Source: Candidatus Poribacteria bacterium
Lineage (GTDB): Bacteria; Poribacteria; WGA-4E; WGA-3G
Reading direction: 5' to 3'
DNA: 64,000 bases
Assembly (NCBI GenBank): GCA_009841255.1
Contig: VXMD01000035.1
Span: 4,453-68,452 of the forward strand
Shown: piece after piece, positions 8,761-18,818 of the stretch
Position numbering within the stretch: the stretch's first letter is position 1
How the letters are laid out: each line of letters begins with the position of its first letter
Notes under the pieces: model-generated
What the model was told of the DNA's origin: nothing
Database searches by the model: none
What the model saw: only the letters and a program-made list of their open reading frames with translations
Program-made: the position numbers and the translations under genes

Positions 8761-11700
8761 GTGGCGACGGGTGTGCTTGCGGGCGCATTGATTGTCGGCG
8801 ATTCTGTGCGCGGCAGTCTGAGAAACTTAACAAAGGAACGGCTTGGCACAATCCAACATGCCCTCCTCGCTGACCGTTTTTTCCCGCCCGACATCTTGAA
8901 TCGACAGAACATGGTCTCGGCAATTTTACTGAACGGGACAATCGTTGCGCCGCAAACACAGACGCGATCATCCAGAGTAAACATCTTGGGTGTCCAAGAG
9001 GATTTCTTCGCATTTTGGGAGGGAGATACCGCACCCAGTCTGGATAAAAGGGGTGAACAGCCCTTCAATGCCATTGTCATCAACGAAGCACTACAGAACG
9101 AATTGAGCGTCCATGTCGGCGATACACTCCTCGTGAATGTCCCGCAAGCCGCTGACATCCATCCAGAGTTCCTTCTCGGCGAACGCGACGCATCCGAGGC
9201 TATCCAAAGTTTACGTGTGATTGTGAGTGAGGTTGTTCCGACTGAGAACGCTGGGAGATTTAGTCTTCGCGCACATCAAAGTCTTCCGTTAAACGCTTTC
9301 ATTGCGCTCCCAGTTTTACAAAAAGCATTGGGGCAAGGGGATAGCGTAAATGCCCTGTTTACAGCGGAAGCGGTCCCAATTGCGTCCAACGATCTCGCGT
9401 TGCGCATGGACGCACTCGGCTTGGAAATTCAAGAACGCCGTACTCACTTTGACCTTCAAAGTCAGCAGTATCTCCTTAAACCCATTTTTTCTGATCTTGT
9501 GCTAACGATTGCTGCTGAGAATCGCATTCCAACGCTCCCGACACTCACCTATCTCGCAAATACGATTTCTGCTGAGGGAAAAACCGTTCCATATTCCACA
9601 ATCATCGCGCTGCCTACGGACAAAGGGGCATTTGCGGAATTTCTTAACAGGCATACTACCGAAGCACAGCGATTCAGGGTTGAAAACGCATTAAAAGCGC
9701 ATCGCATTCAGAGCAAGCCGAATGAAATTGTTTTAAACACATGGACGGCAGGAGATCTCGGTGTGGAAGTCGGCGACGAGATCAAAATCACATACGATCG
9801 CGTTGGGACAGGGGAAGAATACACTACGGAAACGGCTCTATTTCGCCTAATAGGGATTCTACCAATTGAGGGTATCGCTGCCGATAGGAACCTCATCCCA
9901 ACCTTTCCCGGTATCCATGAGACTGCTGATATGTCTGAGTGGGAATCCCCATTTCCAATTGATTACTCACTGATTCGCAGTAAAGATGAGGCGTATTGGG
10001 ACGAATACGGTCCAACACCGAAAGCGTTTATTCCGTTGGAAACCGGTAAGCGACTTTGGAAAAACCGCTTCGGCGACCTCACGACGATTCGGTTGGGGAT
10101 CGTGCCAAGTTTGGACCTTCAAGCAACACGCACGCTTTTTGAAACCGAATTCCTCAAAAAGATTCAACCCGAACAGATTGGATTCCGATTCTTAGCCCTT
10201 CAATCTGATGGACTTCAAGCCGCCGCGGGTGCAACAGATTTCGGGATGCTCTTTAGCAGTCTGAGTGCCTTTATCATTGTTGCTGTTGCCTTGTTGGTGG
10301 GAATGCTTTTCCGTATCGGTGTCGAGCAAAGATCGCGTGAGATCGGTATATTGCAAGCGATCGGTTATCCGCTTACCAAAATCCGTCGACGATTCCTTTA
10401 TGAAGGTGTCACCATCGCCGGTATCGGGAGTTTATTCGGGTGTCTGCTGGCAATCGGGTATGCGCAATTGATGATATATGGGTTGCAAACGTGGTGGCTC
10501 CCTGCTATCGGCACACCTTTTATGGAACTTCACGTCGGCGTATGGAGCCTACTGATGGGTGCAATTATCTCACTATCTGTTGTGATGCTCTCTATCCGTT
10601 TGACTGTCTACAAAGTCGGAAACGCCTCCACTGTATCCCTCCTCGCCGGTAAAACCGATTTTGCCGATACAGCTGCAAAAGGCAAATATAGAACGAAGAA
10701 AATGAAACGCCTTGGCTGGTTTGCCGCCGCGATTGGCTTTGGAATCGGTATATGGATAGAACAACCTGTGGTGAGTCTGCTGTTTGTGGCACTGTTGATC
10801 ATCGGTATAGGGGCAGCGGCGTTCGATAAGTGGTTAAAATCACAGAGTGTACCGAAACAGTTGAACAGAATACGGTTCGCCGTCAGAAACGCTGCGCGAC
10901 AACCGGGACGGAGCAAGACCTGTGTTACAACAATCAGTATCGCGTGCTGTATCATCGTCGCCGTGGGGGCAAATCGACACGACGCGTCCCCGGAGACAGA
11001 ATACGCCTTTGTTGCTGAATCCGCGCTCCCTTTGCATCATAACCTAAATACACCGGACGGCAGGTTTGAACTCGGTTTTTCCGATAAAGCTTCTGAACTT
11101 CTGAGTGCGTCGGCGGTCATTCCGTTTCGTGTCCTGCCGGGCGAAGATGTCAGCTGTCTGAATCTCTACCAGCCCCAAAAACCACAAATTTTGGGGGCTT
11201 CTGATGCGATGTTAGACGGAGCCCCTTGGGTCGGCTTGCATCTGGTGGCCACTGAAAACGGCAAAATCCCTGCGATCGGCGATGAAAAGTCGCTGCGTTG
11301 GATTTTGCATCACGACCCCGACGACGATTTCATCGTCCAAGATGAATTTGGAAAGCCGCTCCATCTCGAACTTGAGACGATTGTGAACAGTCTTTTCCAA
11401 AGCCAATTGATTATCTCTGAATCCAATTTCACGAAGTACTTCCCGAGTCAAAGCGGATACCAATTTTTCCTCATCAAAACGCCACCTGATTTGCGGGAGG
11501 AGACGGCACAGGTCTTAGAGGAAACATTAGGGGACTACGGTTTTGATCTTGCGTCTGCGTCCGCACGTTTGGCGAGTTATCGAGCGGTTGAAAATACCTA
11601 TATCTCGACTTTCCAGAGTCTCGGCGGTTTAGGCGTCCTTCTCGGTACTCTCGGATTGGCACTGGTCCTGTTTAGAAATATCATTGAACGTCGCGGCGAA

Positions 11701-11973
11701 TTGGCGACCCTACGTGCCTTCGGATTCCAGCGGCGATTCCTCTCACGGATGCTTTTCCTTGAAAGTTGTTTCCTCCTCGTTATCGGGATGCTTATCGGGG
11801 TTATCGCTGGACTTGCCTCGATTTTCGCTTCGCAGGGACATCTCCCCTCTTTTCCGTGGTTTTCCCTCACAATTACCTTGCTTTTCATCTTCGGTTTTGG
11901 TATAATTGCAAATGGCGTTGCGGTTGCTGTGGCACTCCGAAGTCCACTCTTGGCAACGCTTAAAGCAGAATAA
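8761..11973 (+). CDS. Large FtsX-family ABC permease with duplicated permease domains. The true start is probably upstream, near 8704.
   Basis: The 1070-aa ORF has FtsX-like transmembrane blocks at both the N- and C-terminal ends. The frame is open from 8638, but it has no ATG, GTG or TTG before the first transmembrane helix. The FKYFWQ segment resembles the conserved N-terminal LRLAWRNL segment of this family. Confidence 0.8.
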   Translation: MATGVLAGALIVGDSVRGSLRNLTKERLGTIQHALLADRFFPPDILNRQNMVSAILLNGTIVAPQTQTRSSRVNILGVQEDFFAFWEGDTAPSLDKRGEQPFNAIVINEALQNELSVHVGDTLLVNVPQAADIHPEFLLGERDASEAIQSLRVIVSEVVPTENAGRFSLRAHQSLPLNAFIALPVLQKALGQGDSVNALFTAEAVPIASNDLALRMDALGLEIQERRTHFDLQSQQYLLKPIFSDLVLTIAAENRIPTLPTLTYLANTISAEGKTVPYSTIIALPTDKGAFAEFLNRHTTEAQRFRVENALKAHRIQSKPNEIVLNTWTAGDLGVEVGDEIKITYDRVGTGEEYTTETALFRLIGILPIEGIAADRNLIPTFPGIHETADMSEWESPFPIDYSLIRSKDEAYWDEYGPTPKAFIPLETGKRLWKNRFGDLTTIRLGIVPSLDLQATRTLFETEFLKKIQPEQIGFRFLALQSDGLQAAAGATDFGMLFSSLSAFIIVAVALLVGMLFRIGVEQRSREIGILQAIGYPLTKIRRRFLYEGVTIAGIGSLFGCLLAIGYAQLMIYGLQTWWLPAIGTPFMELHVGVWSLLMGAIISLSVVMLSIRLTVYKVGNASTVSLLAGKTDFADTAAKGKYRTKKMKRLGWFAAAIGFGIGIWIEQPVVSLLFVALLIIGIGAAAFDKWLKSQSVPKQLNRIRFAVRNAARQPGRSKTCVTTISIACCIIVAVGANRHDASPETEYAFVAESALPLHHNLNTPDGRFELGFSDKASELLSASAVIPFRVLPGEDVSCLNLYQPQKPQILGASDAMLDGAPWVGLHLVATENGKIPAIGDEKSLRWILHHDPDDDFIVQDEFGKPLHLELETIVNSLFQSQLIISESNFTKYFPSQSGYQFFLIKTPPDLREETAQVLEETLGDYGFDLASASARLASYRAVENTYISTFQSLGGLGVLLGTLGLALVLFRNIIERRGELATLRAFGFQRRFLSRMLFLESCFLLVIGMLIGVIAGLASIFASQGHLPSFPWFSLTITLLFIFGFGIIANGVAVAVALRSPLLATLKAE

Positions 11974-12134
11974 AGTCTTGATCCACCCGTTTTTGGTCGC
12001 TCAACTTCTTATACGGTATGGTATTGCGGAGGGTCGTCAAGGTCTAGTCTCCAATGCAAACTTTTCCCTTGACGCCCCCTCTAATAGAGGTTACAGATTG
12101 GTTGTAACCGCCTCTTGTCACAGGGAAAAGCAAG

Positions 12135-12737
12135 ATGTCTCACATTCAGTTCAAAACGGTGACTTACATTATATATGTAATCCTATGTGCCTCTTGCCTC
12201 CTGATGCTGAACGGTTGTTCCAGTGACTCCGAGCCAAACACGTCAAGCGCGCTGGATTACACAGAACGCGGATGGCGTTCCTACGAATCAGGGAACTATG
12301 CACAGGCACTGCTCAGTTTTGAGCGCGCAATTAACTTCGATGAAAATCTTGCCGATGCGCATAACGGCATCGGATGGAGTCATCTCAGCCTATCGCTAAA
12401 TCCGCCACTTGCACAAGAAGCCTTCCAGAACGCCGTGCAACTCGATCCCTCAAATGCGGACGCATGGGTTGGACTTGCAAATCTGCTTTTTTTGCGGCAC
12501 AAAGATACCAACGATTTCCGATCCGCTATCCGAGCGATTGATAATGCGTTGCAAGGAGATGCCCAATATCTCTTTCGACACGACTATCGCTCCAACGCCG
12601 AGCTCTATGTGCTTAAGGCAATGTGCTATTACTATCTTGGTGAGGATGCGTCTGCGAAACAGGAAGTTGGCAAGGCACTCCAAATTCAAACGACGAACAG
12701 AACAGCCATCGTGCTACGAGATCTATTGAAAGAATAA
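12135..12737 (+). CDS. TPR-repeat lipoprotein
   Basis: There is a signal peptide with lipobox LNGCSS. TPR-like Y/A/L periodicity appears in segments such as AQALLSFERAINFD and AWVGLANLLF. Confidence 0.65.
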   Translation: MSHIQFKTVTYIIYVILCASCLLMLNGCSSDSEPNTSSALDYTERGWRSYESGNYAQALLSFERAINFDENLADAHNGIGWSHLSLSLNPPLAQEAFQNAVQLDPSNADAWVGLANLLFLRHKDTNDFRSAIRAIDNALQGDAQYLFRHDYRSNAELYVLKAMCYYYLGEDASAKQEVGKALQIQTTNRTAIVLRDLLKE

Positions 12738-12746
12738 AGGATTATT

Positions 12747-12783
12747 AGTTAACAGTTATCGGTCACAAGAAGGACTGTTAAAC
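12747..12783. repeat. GTTAACAGTT-type palindromic element (family member 2)
   Basis: The sequence AGTTAACAGTTATCGGTCACAAGAAGGACTGTTAAAC shares the GTTAACAGTTACAAGAGG core with the element at 48122. Confidence 0.45.
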
Positions 12784-12797
12784 GAGAACCTCTGTAA

Positions 12798-12816
12798 GGG
12801 CGAGGTGACCTCGCCC
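12798..12816 (+). terminator. Perfect 9-bp stem hairpin downstream of the TPR gene
   Basis: GGGCGAGGT-GA-CCTCGCCC. There is no immediate U tract, so its function as an intrinsic terminator is uncertain. Confidence 0.35.
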
Positions 12817-12920
12817 CTACAACTGAAAGGTTTTTCGTAGACGGGGAAGCCCATAAGGGAGACCTCATACTGTTGATTCACCGAACCGACGACTGACAAC
12901 CAATATAAGGAGAAACACAT

Positions 12921-13814
12921 ATGTCCCAGAACGTTATCACGTCTACAGACTTAACGAATTATACACCCGCTCACCGTGGAAAAGTCCGAGATCTGTATGA
13001 CCTTGGAGATGAACTTCTGATTATTTCCACAGATCGTATTTCTGCTTTTGATGTCGTTCTGCCCAACGGAATTCCAGATAAGGGGAAGGTCTTAACCGGT
13101 TTATCCAAATTCTGGTTCAAGCACACCGAATCCGTCGCCGACAATCATCTCATTTCAACGGAGGTCGAAGAGTATCCCGAATCTTTGCAAACTGATGCAG
13201 AACTTCTCAAAGGACGCTCAATGCTTGTCCGTAAAGTCGATCGGGTTGATGTTGAGTGTGTCGTGCGGGGATACCTTGCGGGTTCCGGTTGGTCCTCCTA
13301 TCAGAAGACCGGGGAAATCTGTGGTCAGAAGCTTCCAGACGGACTTCAGGAATCCGATCGACTTCCAGAACTTCTGTTCACACCAACGACCAAAGCCGAA
13401 CAGGGGGAGCATGACGAACCGATCTCCATTGAGGAGATGCGGAACGAGGTCGGTAGTGAACTGACGGATCAGTTGATTGAAATCAGTTTCGCCCTTTTCA
13501 GAGCCGCCAGTGAACACGCCGAAAATGCGGGGATTATCCTCTGTGATACGAAGTTTGAATTCGGACAACGCGACGGGAAACTCATCGTCATTGATGAAGT
13601 CTTCACACCGGACTCCTCTCGGTTCTGGCCCGCGGATCTCTATGAACCCGGTAAACCGCAGCAGAGTTTCGATAAACAGTTCGTGAGGGATTACCTCTCC
13701 GACATCGGTTGGAACAAACAACCACCTGCCCCTGAATTGCCAGAAGATGTTATCTCTAAAACAAGCGAGAAATACCGCGAGGCATATCGCCTCATCGTTG
13801 GTGAAGAACTGTAG
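12921..13814 (+). CDS. purC: Phosphoribosylaminoimidazole-succinocarboxamide synthase (SAICAR synthetase)
   Basis: The motifs GKVRDLYD...LLIISTDRISAFD are PurC hallmarks. The ribosome-binding site is AAGGAGA. Confidence 0.9.
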   Translation: MSQNVITSTDLTNYTPAHRGKVRDLYDLGDELLIISTDRISAFDVVLPNGIPDKGKVLTGLSKFWFKHTESVADNHLISTEVEEYPESLQTDAELLKGRSMLVRKVDRVDVECVVRGYLAGSGWSSYQKTGEICGQKLPDGLQESDRLPELLFTPTTKAEQGEHDEPISIEEMRNEVGSELTDQLIEISFALFRAASEHAENAGIILCDTKFEFGQRDGKLIVIDEVFTPDSSRFWPADLYEPGKPQQSFDKQFVRDYLSDIGWNKQPPAPELPEDVISKTSEKYREAYRLIVGEEL

Positions 13815-13833
13815 CACACGGGAGAGATAGCAG

Positions 13834-15021
13834 ATGACAGGGCCTCTTGATGGAATGAAGGTTTTGGATTTAACCCGAGTTCTCGCCGGTCCCTATGCAA
13901 CGATGCTCCTCGGTGACCTCGGAGCAGAGGTCATCAAGATTGAACAGCCTGGTACAGGGGACGAATCTCGAAATTTCGGTCCCTTCAAAAACGGGTTCAG
14001 TCTCTATTTCATGAGCGTGAATCGCGGAAAGCAGAGCGTGACGCTCAACCTTAAGACTGAACGTGGACAGGCAATATTCAAGCGATTGTTGAAGAAGACC
14101 GATGTCCTTGTTGAGAATTTTCGCCCGGGGACGATGCAAAAATTGGGATTGGATTACGATACACTGAAAGTCGAGCATCCATCACTTATCTACGCCGCGT
14201 GCTCCGGTTTCGGACAAACGGGTCCCTATGCACAGCAAGGTGCCTACGATATGATTATCCAAGGCATGGGGGGTATCATCAGCATTACAGGTGCACCCGA
14301 TGGACCTCCGGTGCGTGTCGGTACCTCTATTAGCGACATCACCGCTGCCCTCTTCACGACAATCGGGGTACTCTCCGCATTGCACCATCGCAACCGAACG
14401 GGTAGTGGACAGTTTGTCGATGTTGCCATGTTGGATAGTCTCGTTGCTGTTTTGGAAAATGCTGTTGTCCGTTATTTTGCTACGGGTGAAGCCCCCAAAC
14501 CTCTTGGTGCGAGGCACCCAGCGATTACACCCTTTGAAGCGTTCGCCTCTGCGGATGGACACGTCATTATTGCGCTCGGGAACGATACCCTCTGGGCAAA
14601 GTTTTGTGAGCATGTTGATCGGCAGGAACTCATCTCCGATGAGCGGTTCCGAACGAACGCTGATCGAACAGAGAACCACGGTGAATTGTTTCCGATTCTC
14701 TCGGAGATTATGTCCCAACGGAAAACCGATGACTGGATTGATGCCTTGGGTGCTATTGGTGTGCCGTGTGGTCCCATCAATGCAATGGACAAAGTCGTCG
14801 ATCACCCGCAAGTGCAAGCGCGGGAGATGATTACACGTGTTGCGCATCACATCACGGGTGAAGTAGAGGTGCCGGGTGTACCGATTAAACTTTCGGAAAC
14901 ACCTGGAAACGTGGACGCTCCCGCACCGAGTCTCGGAGAGCATACAGCTCAGGTCCTAACTGACTTGTTGAAAATGTCTCCAGACGAGGTGGAACAGTTA
15001 AAGCGAGACGGTGTTATTTAA
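13834..15021 (+). CDS. CoA-transferase family III (CaiB/BaiF) protein
   Basis: The N-terminus, LDGMKVLDLTRVLAGPYATMLLGDLGAEVIKIE, is the family III CoA-transferase signature. Confidence 0.85.
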   Translation: MTGPLDGMKVLDLTRVLAGPYATMLLGDLGAEVIKIEQPGTGDESRNFGPFKNGFSLYFMSVNRGKQSVTLNLKTERGQAIFKRLLKKTDVLVENFRPGTMQKLGLDYDTLKVEHPSLIYAACSGFGQTGPYAQQGAYDMIIQGMGGIISITGAPDGPPVRVGTSISDITAALFTTIGVLSALHHRNRTGSGQFVDVAMLDSLVAVLENAVVRYFATGEAPKPLGARHPAITPFEAFASADGHVIIALGNDTLWAKFCEHVDRQELISDERFRTNADRTENHGELFPILSEIMSQRKTDDWIDALGAIGVPCGPINAMDKVVDHPQVQAREMITRVAHHITGEVEVPGVPIKLSETPGNVDAPAPSLGEHTAQVLTDLLKMSPDEVEQLKRDGVI

Positions 15022-15246
15022 GGGTAACGCCAGTTCCCCTTTGTAGCATAACCTGTTAGGTTGTGCATCTTTAATATCAAAACCCGTAGCTCGTATTGTC
15101 CCGCAAGCCCACACGCGGCTTGCGCATGGAGAGCGGATATAAGGAACGCACGTCAAAGTCCAAACGCACGTGTTTTTGCTTGGGGTGTTTTTGCTTGGGT
15201 ATTTCTCCGCAAAGAATCATTAAAAATCCGCAAGGAAAAATAAAAA

Positions 15247-17505
15247 ATGGTAAACGAAACCGCTCAAGTGTTACAGGGTACGGAACCTTTAAGGTTAGAG
15301 GGCGATCTTGCCGCACAGATGGTCGAGGCGCTTGATGGTTATGTGTCTCGGGCAGTGATAGATGCTGTCGACGGTCGGGCAGGGTTGTGGAATCGCGATT
15401 ATAGTTCACACGATGCCTATACCCGGTCTGTCGAACCCAACCGCACGCGGCTTCGGAAACGGATCGGTTGCCTCGATCCACGGCTACCCATTGAGGAACT
15501 CACCTATAGTGCGACGACAAAAACCGCCGCGGAGCTCACAGAAGATGAGAATTATACTGTGTCGCGCGTTCGATGGCAGGTTTTTGATGAGGTGGAGGGC
15601 GAAGGACTCTTATTGGAACCGAAGCATAACGTCCCAATCGCTGCGCAGATTGTTGCCCTACCGGATGCCGATTGGACCTCGGAGATGATAGCAGGAGTAA
15701 CGGATGCATTGCCAGCGAACGCCCAGTTTGCGAGGCGTTTGGCAAGAGTAGGGTGTCGGGTCGTTGTTCCACTACTCATTAACCGGGACGATACCTATTC
15801 AGGAAATCCGGCTCTCGATGCTATGACGAATCAACCGCACCGCGAATTCATCTATCGGATGGCGTTTGAACTCGGAAGACATATCATTGGGTATGAAGTT
15901 CAGAAGGTGTTGTCGTTAATAGACTGGATGTCTCTTTCCGATACGCCGATCGGTGTGATTGGGTACGGCGAGGGTGGATTAATCGCGCTCTACAGTGCGG
16001 CAGTCGATACACGGATTCAGGCGGCAACTGTGAGTGGATATTTCCAATCGAGGCAGGAGGTTTGGCGAGAACCGATCTATCGAAATGTCTGGGGATTACT
16101 ACACGAATTTGGCGATGCTGAAATTGCGAGTCTTGTTGCACCGCGTCCGTTGATTATCGAGACGAGCCGAGGACCGGAAATCGCCGGTCCGCCATCCGTT
16201 CGCGATGGACGCGGTGGTGGCGCGCCCGGTCAGTTGGTATCACCACCGATGCGTGCAGTAGAATCGGAGTTTGAACGTGCCCGCGATTTTTACCAAATGC
16301 TTGACACTGAAGAGGTTTTGCGGCTCGTTTCTCCTGTAGATGGATTACCGGGTTCTGAGGAGACGTTAACCGCTTTGCTGACTGGTCTTGGTGTTGAAAA
16401 CGCACATATTGACAACCACTACCTTCTCTCCACAGACGCAGTTGACGGTTTTGATTACGATACGCGGCAACAGCGGCAGTTTATGCAGTTGGTGAATCTA
16501 TCGCAACGCTTTTTGAGAGAAGCGGCGTCGCGACGGCAGCAATTCTTCTGGGATAAAACCGATACCGCTTCGCTCACGCGGTGGGAGGAAACCTGTACGG
16601 ATGCCAAAGCCTATTTCTGGAACGAGGTCATCGGTAAGTGTCCATCACCCGATGTACCTGCCACCCCGAAGACGCGGCTCATCTATGATGAACCTCTCTG
16701 GAAAGGGTATGAAGTCGTGCTTGATGTTTGGAAGGACGTTTTCGCCTACGGTATCTTGCTCCTTCCGAACGATCTCCAGCCGGGTGAACAGCGTCCCGTT
16801 GTTGTCTGTCAGCACGGCTTAGAGGGACGACCGCAGGATACCGCTGATCCGAGAATAGAATCCGTCTATCACGCCTATGCCGCCCAGTTAGCGGACAGGG
16901 GATTCGTCGTCTACGCCCCACAGAATCCGTACATCGGTCAAGACGCCTTCCGTGTCATCCAACGCAAGGCGAATCCGGTAAAATGGTCACTCTTTTCCTT
17001 GATTGTGCGGCAACATGAGCGGACGCTTGACTGGCTCGCGGAACAACCCTTCGTTGATGCGGATCGAATTGGTTTTTACGGATTATCTTACGGCGGCAAA
17101 ACAGCGATGCGCGTCCCCGCCCTGCTTGAACGCTACGCTTGCTCCATCTGTTCCGCCGATTTCAACGAATGGATCGTCAAAAATGCGACCTATCATTCTC
17201 GGTATAGTTATATGTTCGGGGGTGAGTATGAGATGCCGGAATTCGATTTAGGAAATACCTTTAACTACGGTGAAATGGCGGGATTGATCGCACCACGTCC
17301 GTTTATGGTGGAGCGTGGACATGATGATGGGGTCGCACCAGATGAATGGGTCGCGCACGAGTTCGCTGTCGTGCGTCGGCTTTACGTTCGCTTGGGAATC
17401 GCGGATCGAACGGAGATCGAATTCTTTGATGGCGGACATCAGATTAATTCCGATAAGACGTTCCGGTTCCTGCATCGCCACCTGAATTGGCCCGAACCCC
17501 AGTAG
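15247..17505 (+). CDS. Tandem alpha/beta-hydrolase-fold protein (two esterase or dienelactone-hydrolase-like modules)
   Basis: There are two nucleophile-elbow-like motifs. The first is GYGEGG, with Glu in the Ser position. The second is GLSYGG. Each is followed by a hydrophobic beta-strand context. Confidence 0.5.
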   Translation: MVNETAQVLQGTEPLRLEGDLAAQMVEALDGYVSRAVIDAVDGRAGLWNRDYSSHDAYTRSVEPNRTRLRKRIGCLDPRLPIEELTYSATTKTAAELTEDENYTVSRVRWQVFDEVEGEGLLLEPKHNVPIAAQIVALPDADWTSEMIAGVTDALPANAQFARRLARVGCRVVVPLLINRDDTYSGNPALDAMTNQPHREFIYRMAFELGRHIIGYEVQKVLSLIDWMSLSDTPIGVIGYGEGGLIALYSAAVDTRIQAATVSGYFQSRQEVWREPIYRNVWGLLHEFGDAEIASLVAPRPLIIETSRGPEIAGPPSVRDGRGGGAPGQLVSPPMRAVESEFERARDFYQMLDTEEVLRLVSPVDGLPGSEETLTALLTGLGVENAHIDNHYLLSTDAVDGFDYDTRQQRQFMQLVNLSQRFLREAASRRQQFFWDKTDTASLTRWEETCTDAKAYFWNEVIGKCPSPDVPATPKTRLIYDEPLWKGYEVVLDVWKDVFAYGILLLPNDLQPGEQRPVVVCQHGLEGRPQDTADPRIESVYHAYAAQLADRGFVVYAPQNPYIGQDAFRVIQRKANPVKWSLFSLIVRQHERTLDWLAEQPFVDADRIGFYGLSYGGKTAMRVPALLERYACSICSADFNEWIVKNATYHSRYSYMFGGEYEMPEFDLGNTFNYGEMAGLIAPRPFMVERGHDDGVAPDEWVAHEFAVVRRLYVRLGIADRTEIEFFDGGHQINSDKTFRFLHRHLNWPEPQ

Positions 17506-17578
17506 TGGATAGGTGGTAGGTGCGGCACGGGTTTCTGGTGAAGCCTGCATCCGCTAGCGAGGTCTACAACCTCTTACT

Positions 17579-17717
17579 GAACTGCAAGGTAAAATTAAAA
17601 AAGAGTAAACGGATAATCCGCAGTGCATAGCCCGTAAGCGGAGCGGAGGGCGGGTCTACGGGAAAACGCTCTAAATATCTGATTCTCCTGATCGAACCGC
17701 AAGGTAAAATTAAAAAA
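17579..17717 (+). repeat. Duplicated leader or RBS segment: GAAC(T/C)GCAAGGTAAAATTAAAAAA occurs twice, 115 bp apart
   Basis: The copies lie at 17579-17602 and 17694-17716. The second copy abuts the ATG at 17717. Confidence 0.5.
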
Positions 17718-18775
17718 TGCTTTACGCCATTACTGTAAGCGCAGGACTCGAGACCATCGCACGCGAGGAATTATCCGAACGTTTTGCCGACACAGGGCAT
17801 CTGAAAATCCTTGAACGCAAGCCACAGCGGATCCTCTTCCAATATGCTGGGAACCCGCGTGAACTGCTATCGCTACGGACAGCCGAACATCTCTTTCTCA
17901 TCCTAAAGCGGATACCGAAGATGACCCGCTCACGCAGCTCCCTATCGGCATTAAGCAGTTCGTTGGCGCGCTTCAATTTCAACGAGGCGTTTGCGTGCTG
18001 TCGGCAGGTGGGTATCCGTACGTGGAAACGGATGCCCTTTCGAGTAACAAGTCGGCTCTCAGGAAAACGCAATTTCCGTCGGGTTGATCTCCAGCGCGTG
18101 ATTGAACGGGCATTGTTAGAGAGAGGCTGGTATTCGGGGTCGTCCAAATCGGCTTTAGATATTTGGGCGGAGGTACACGGAGACGATGGCTACATCAGTA
18201 TCAAACTTTCCGCAAACGATATGGCACAACGTCCGTATAAACAAGCGCATATTCCTGCCTCTCTCAAACCGACGTTGGCATACAGTATGGTACGCCTTTC
18301 ACGACCGCATCCAGACGATGTCTTTTTAGACGCCATGTGTGGGGCTGGGACGATCCTTCTGGAACGCGCACTTATCAAACGGTATCGTTACCTGATTGGC
18401 GGTGATGTCTCTATAGACGCTTTAGACGCGACCGCAACGAATTTCGGAAGGAAACATCAGCCGCGCCAATTCTTTCATTGGGACGCACAGGATTTGCCAT
18501 TAGGATCGAACACCGTTGATAAAATTGTCTGTAACCTCCCGTTCGGGGAGACGATCGGAAATGTGCCGCAACTTATGAATCTATATCGTCGGTGTCTCGG
18601 AGAATACCAGCGCGTCCTAAAACCGAGAGGTCGGATGGTGCTGCTCACCTCGCAAGACACGCTGCTTGATGATGAACTCAAGCAACGCCGTTCTCTCAGG
18701 GTTGCCCAGCAATTGACAGTGGATGTCCGAGGGATGCGCGCACGGATATCTGTTATCTGTCCCAAAACCAGATAG
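17717..18775 (+). CDS. THUMP-domain RNA methyltransferase (Trm14/RlmL-like N2-guanine or N6-adenine class)
   Basis: An N-terminal THUMP-like region is followed by the SAM-binding motif DAMCGAGTILLE and the catalytic NPPY-type motif NLPFG. Confidence 0.75.
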   Translation: MLYAITVSAGLETIAREELSERFADTGHLKILERKPQRILFQYAGNPRELLSLRTAEHLFLILKRIPKMTRSRSSLSALSSSLARFNFNEAFACCRQVGIRTWKRMPFRVTSRLSGKRNFRRVDLQRVIERALLERGWYSGSSKSALDIWAEVHGDDGYISIKLSANDMAQRPYKQAHIPASLKPTLAYSMVRLSRPHPDDVFLDAMCGAGTILLERALIKRYRYLIGGDVSIDALDATATNFGRKHQPRQFFHWDAQDLPLGSNTVDKIVCNLPFGETIGNVPQLMNLYRRCLGEYQRVLKPRGRMVLLTSQDTLLDDELKQRRSLRVAQQLTVDVRGMRARISVICPKTR

Positions 18776-18818
18776 GTGCGGTTGAAAGTAGCAAGCATCA
18801 GTAGGTACGGTTTTATGA

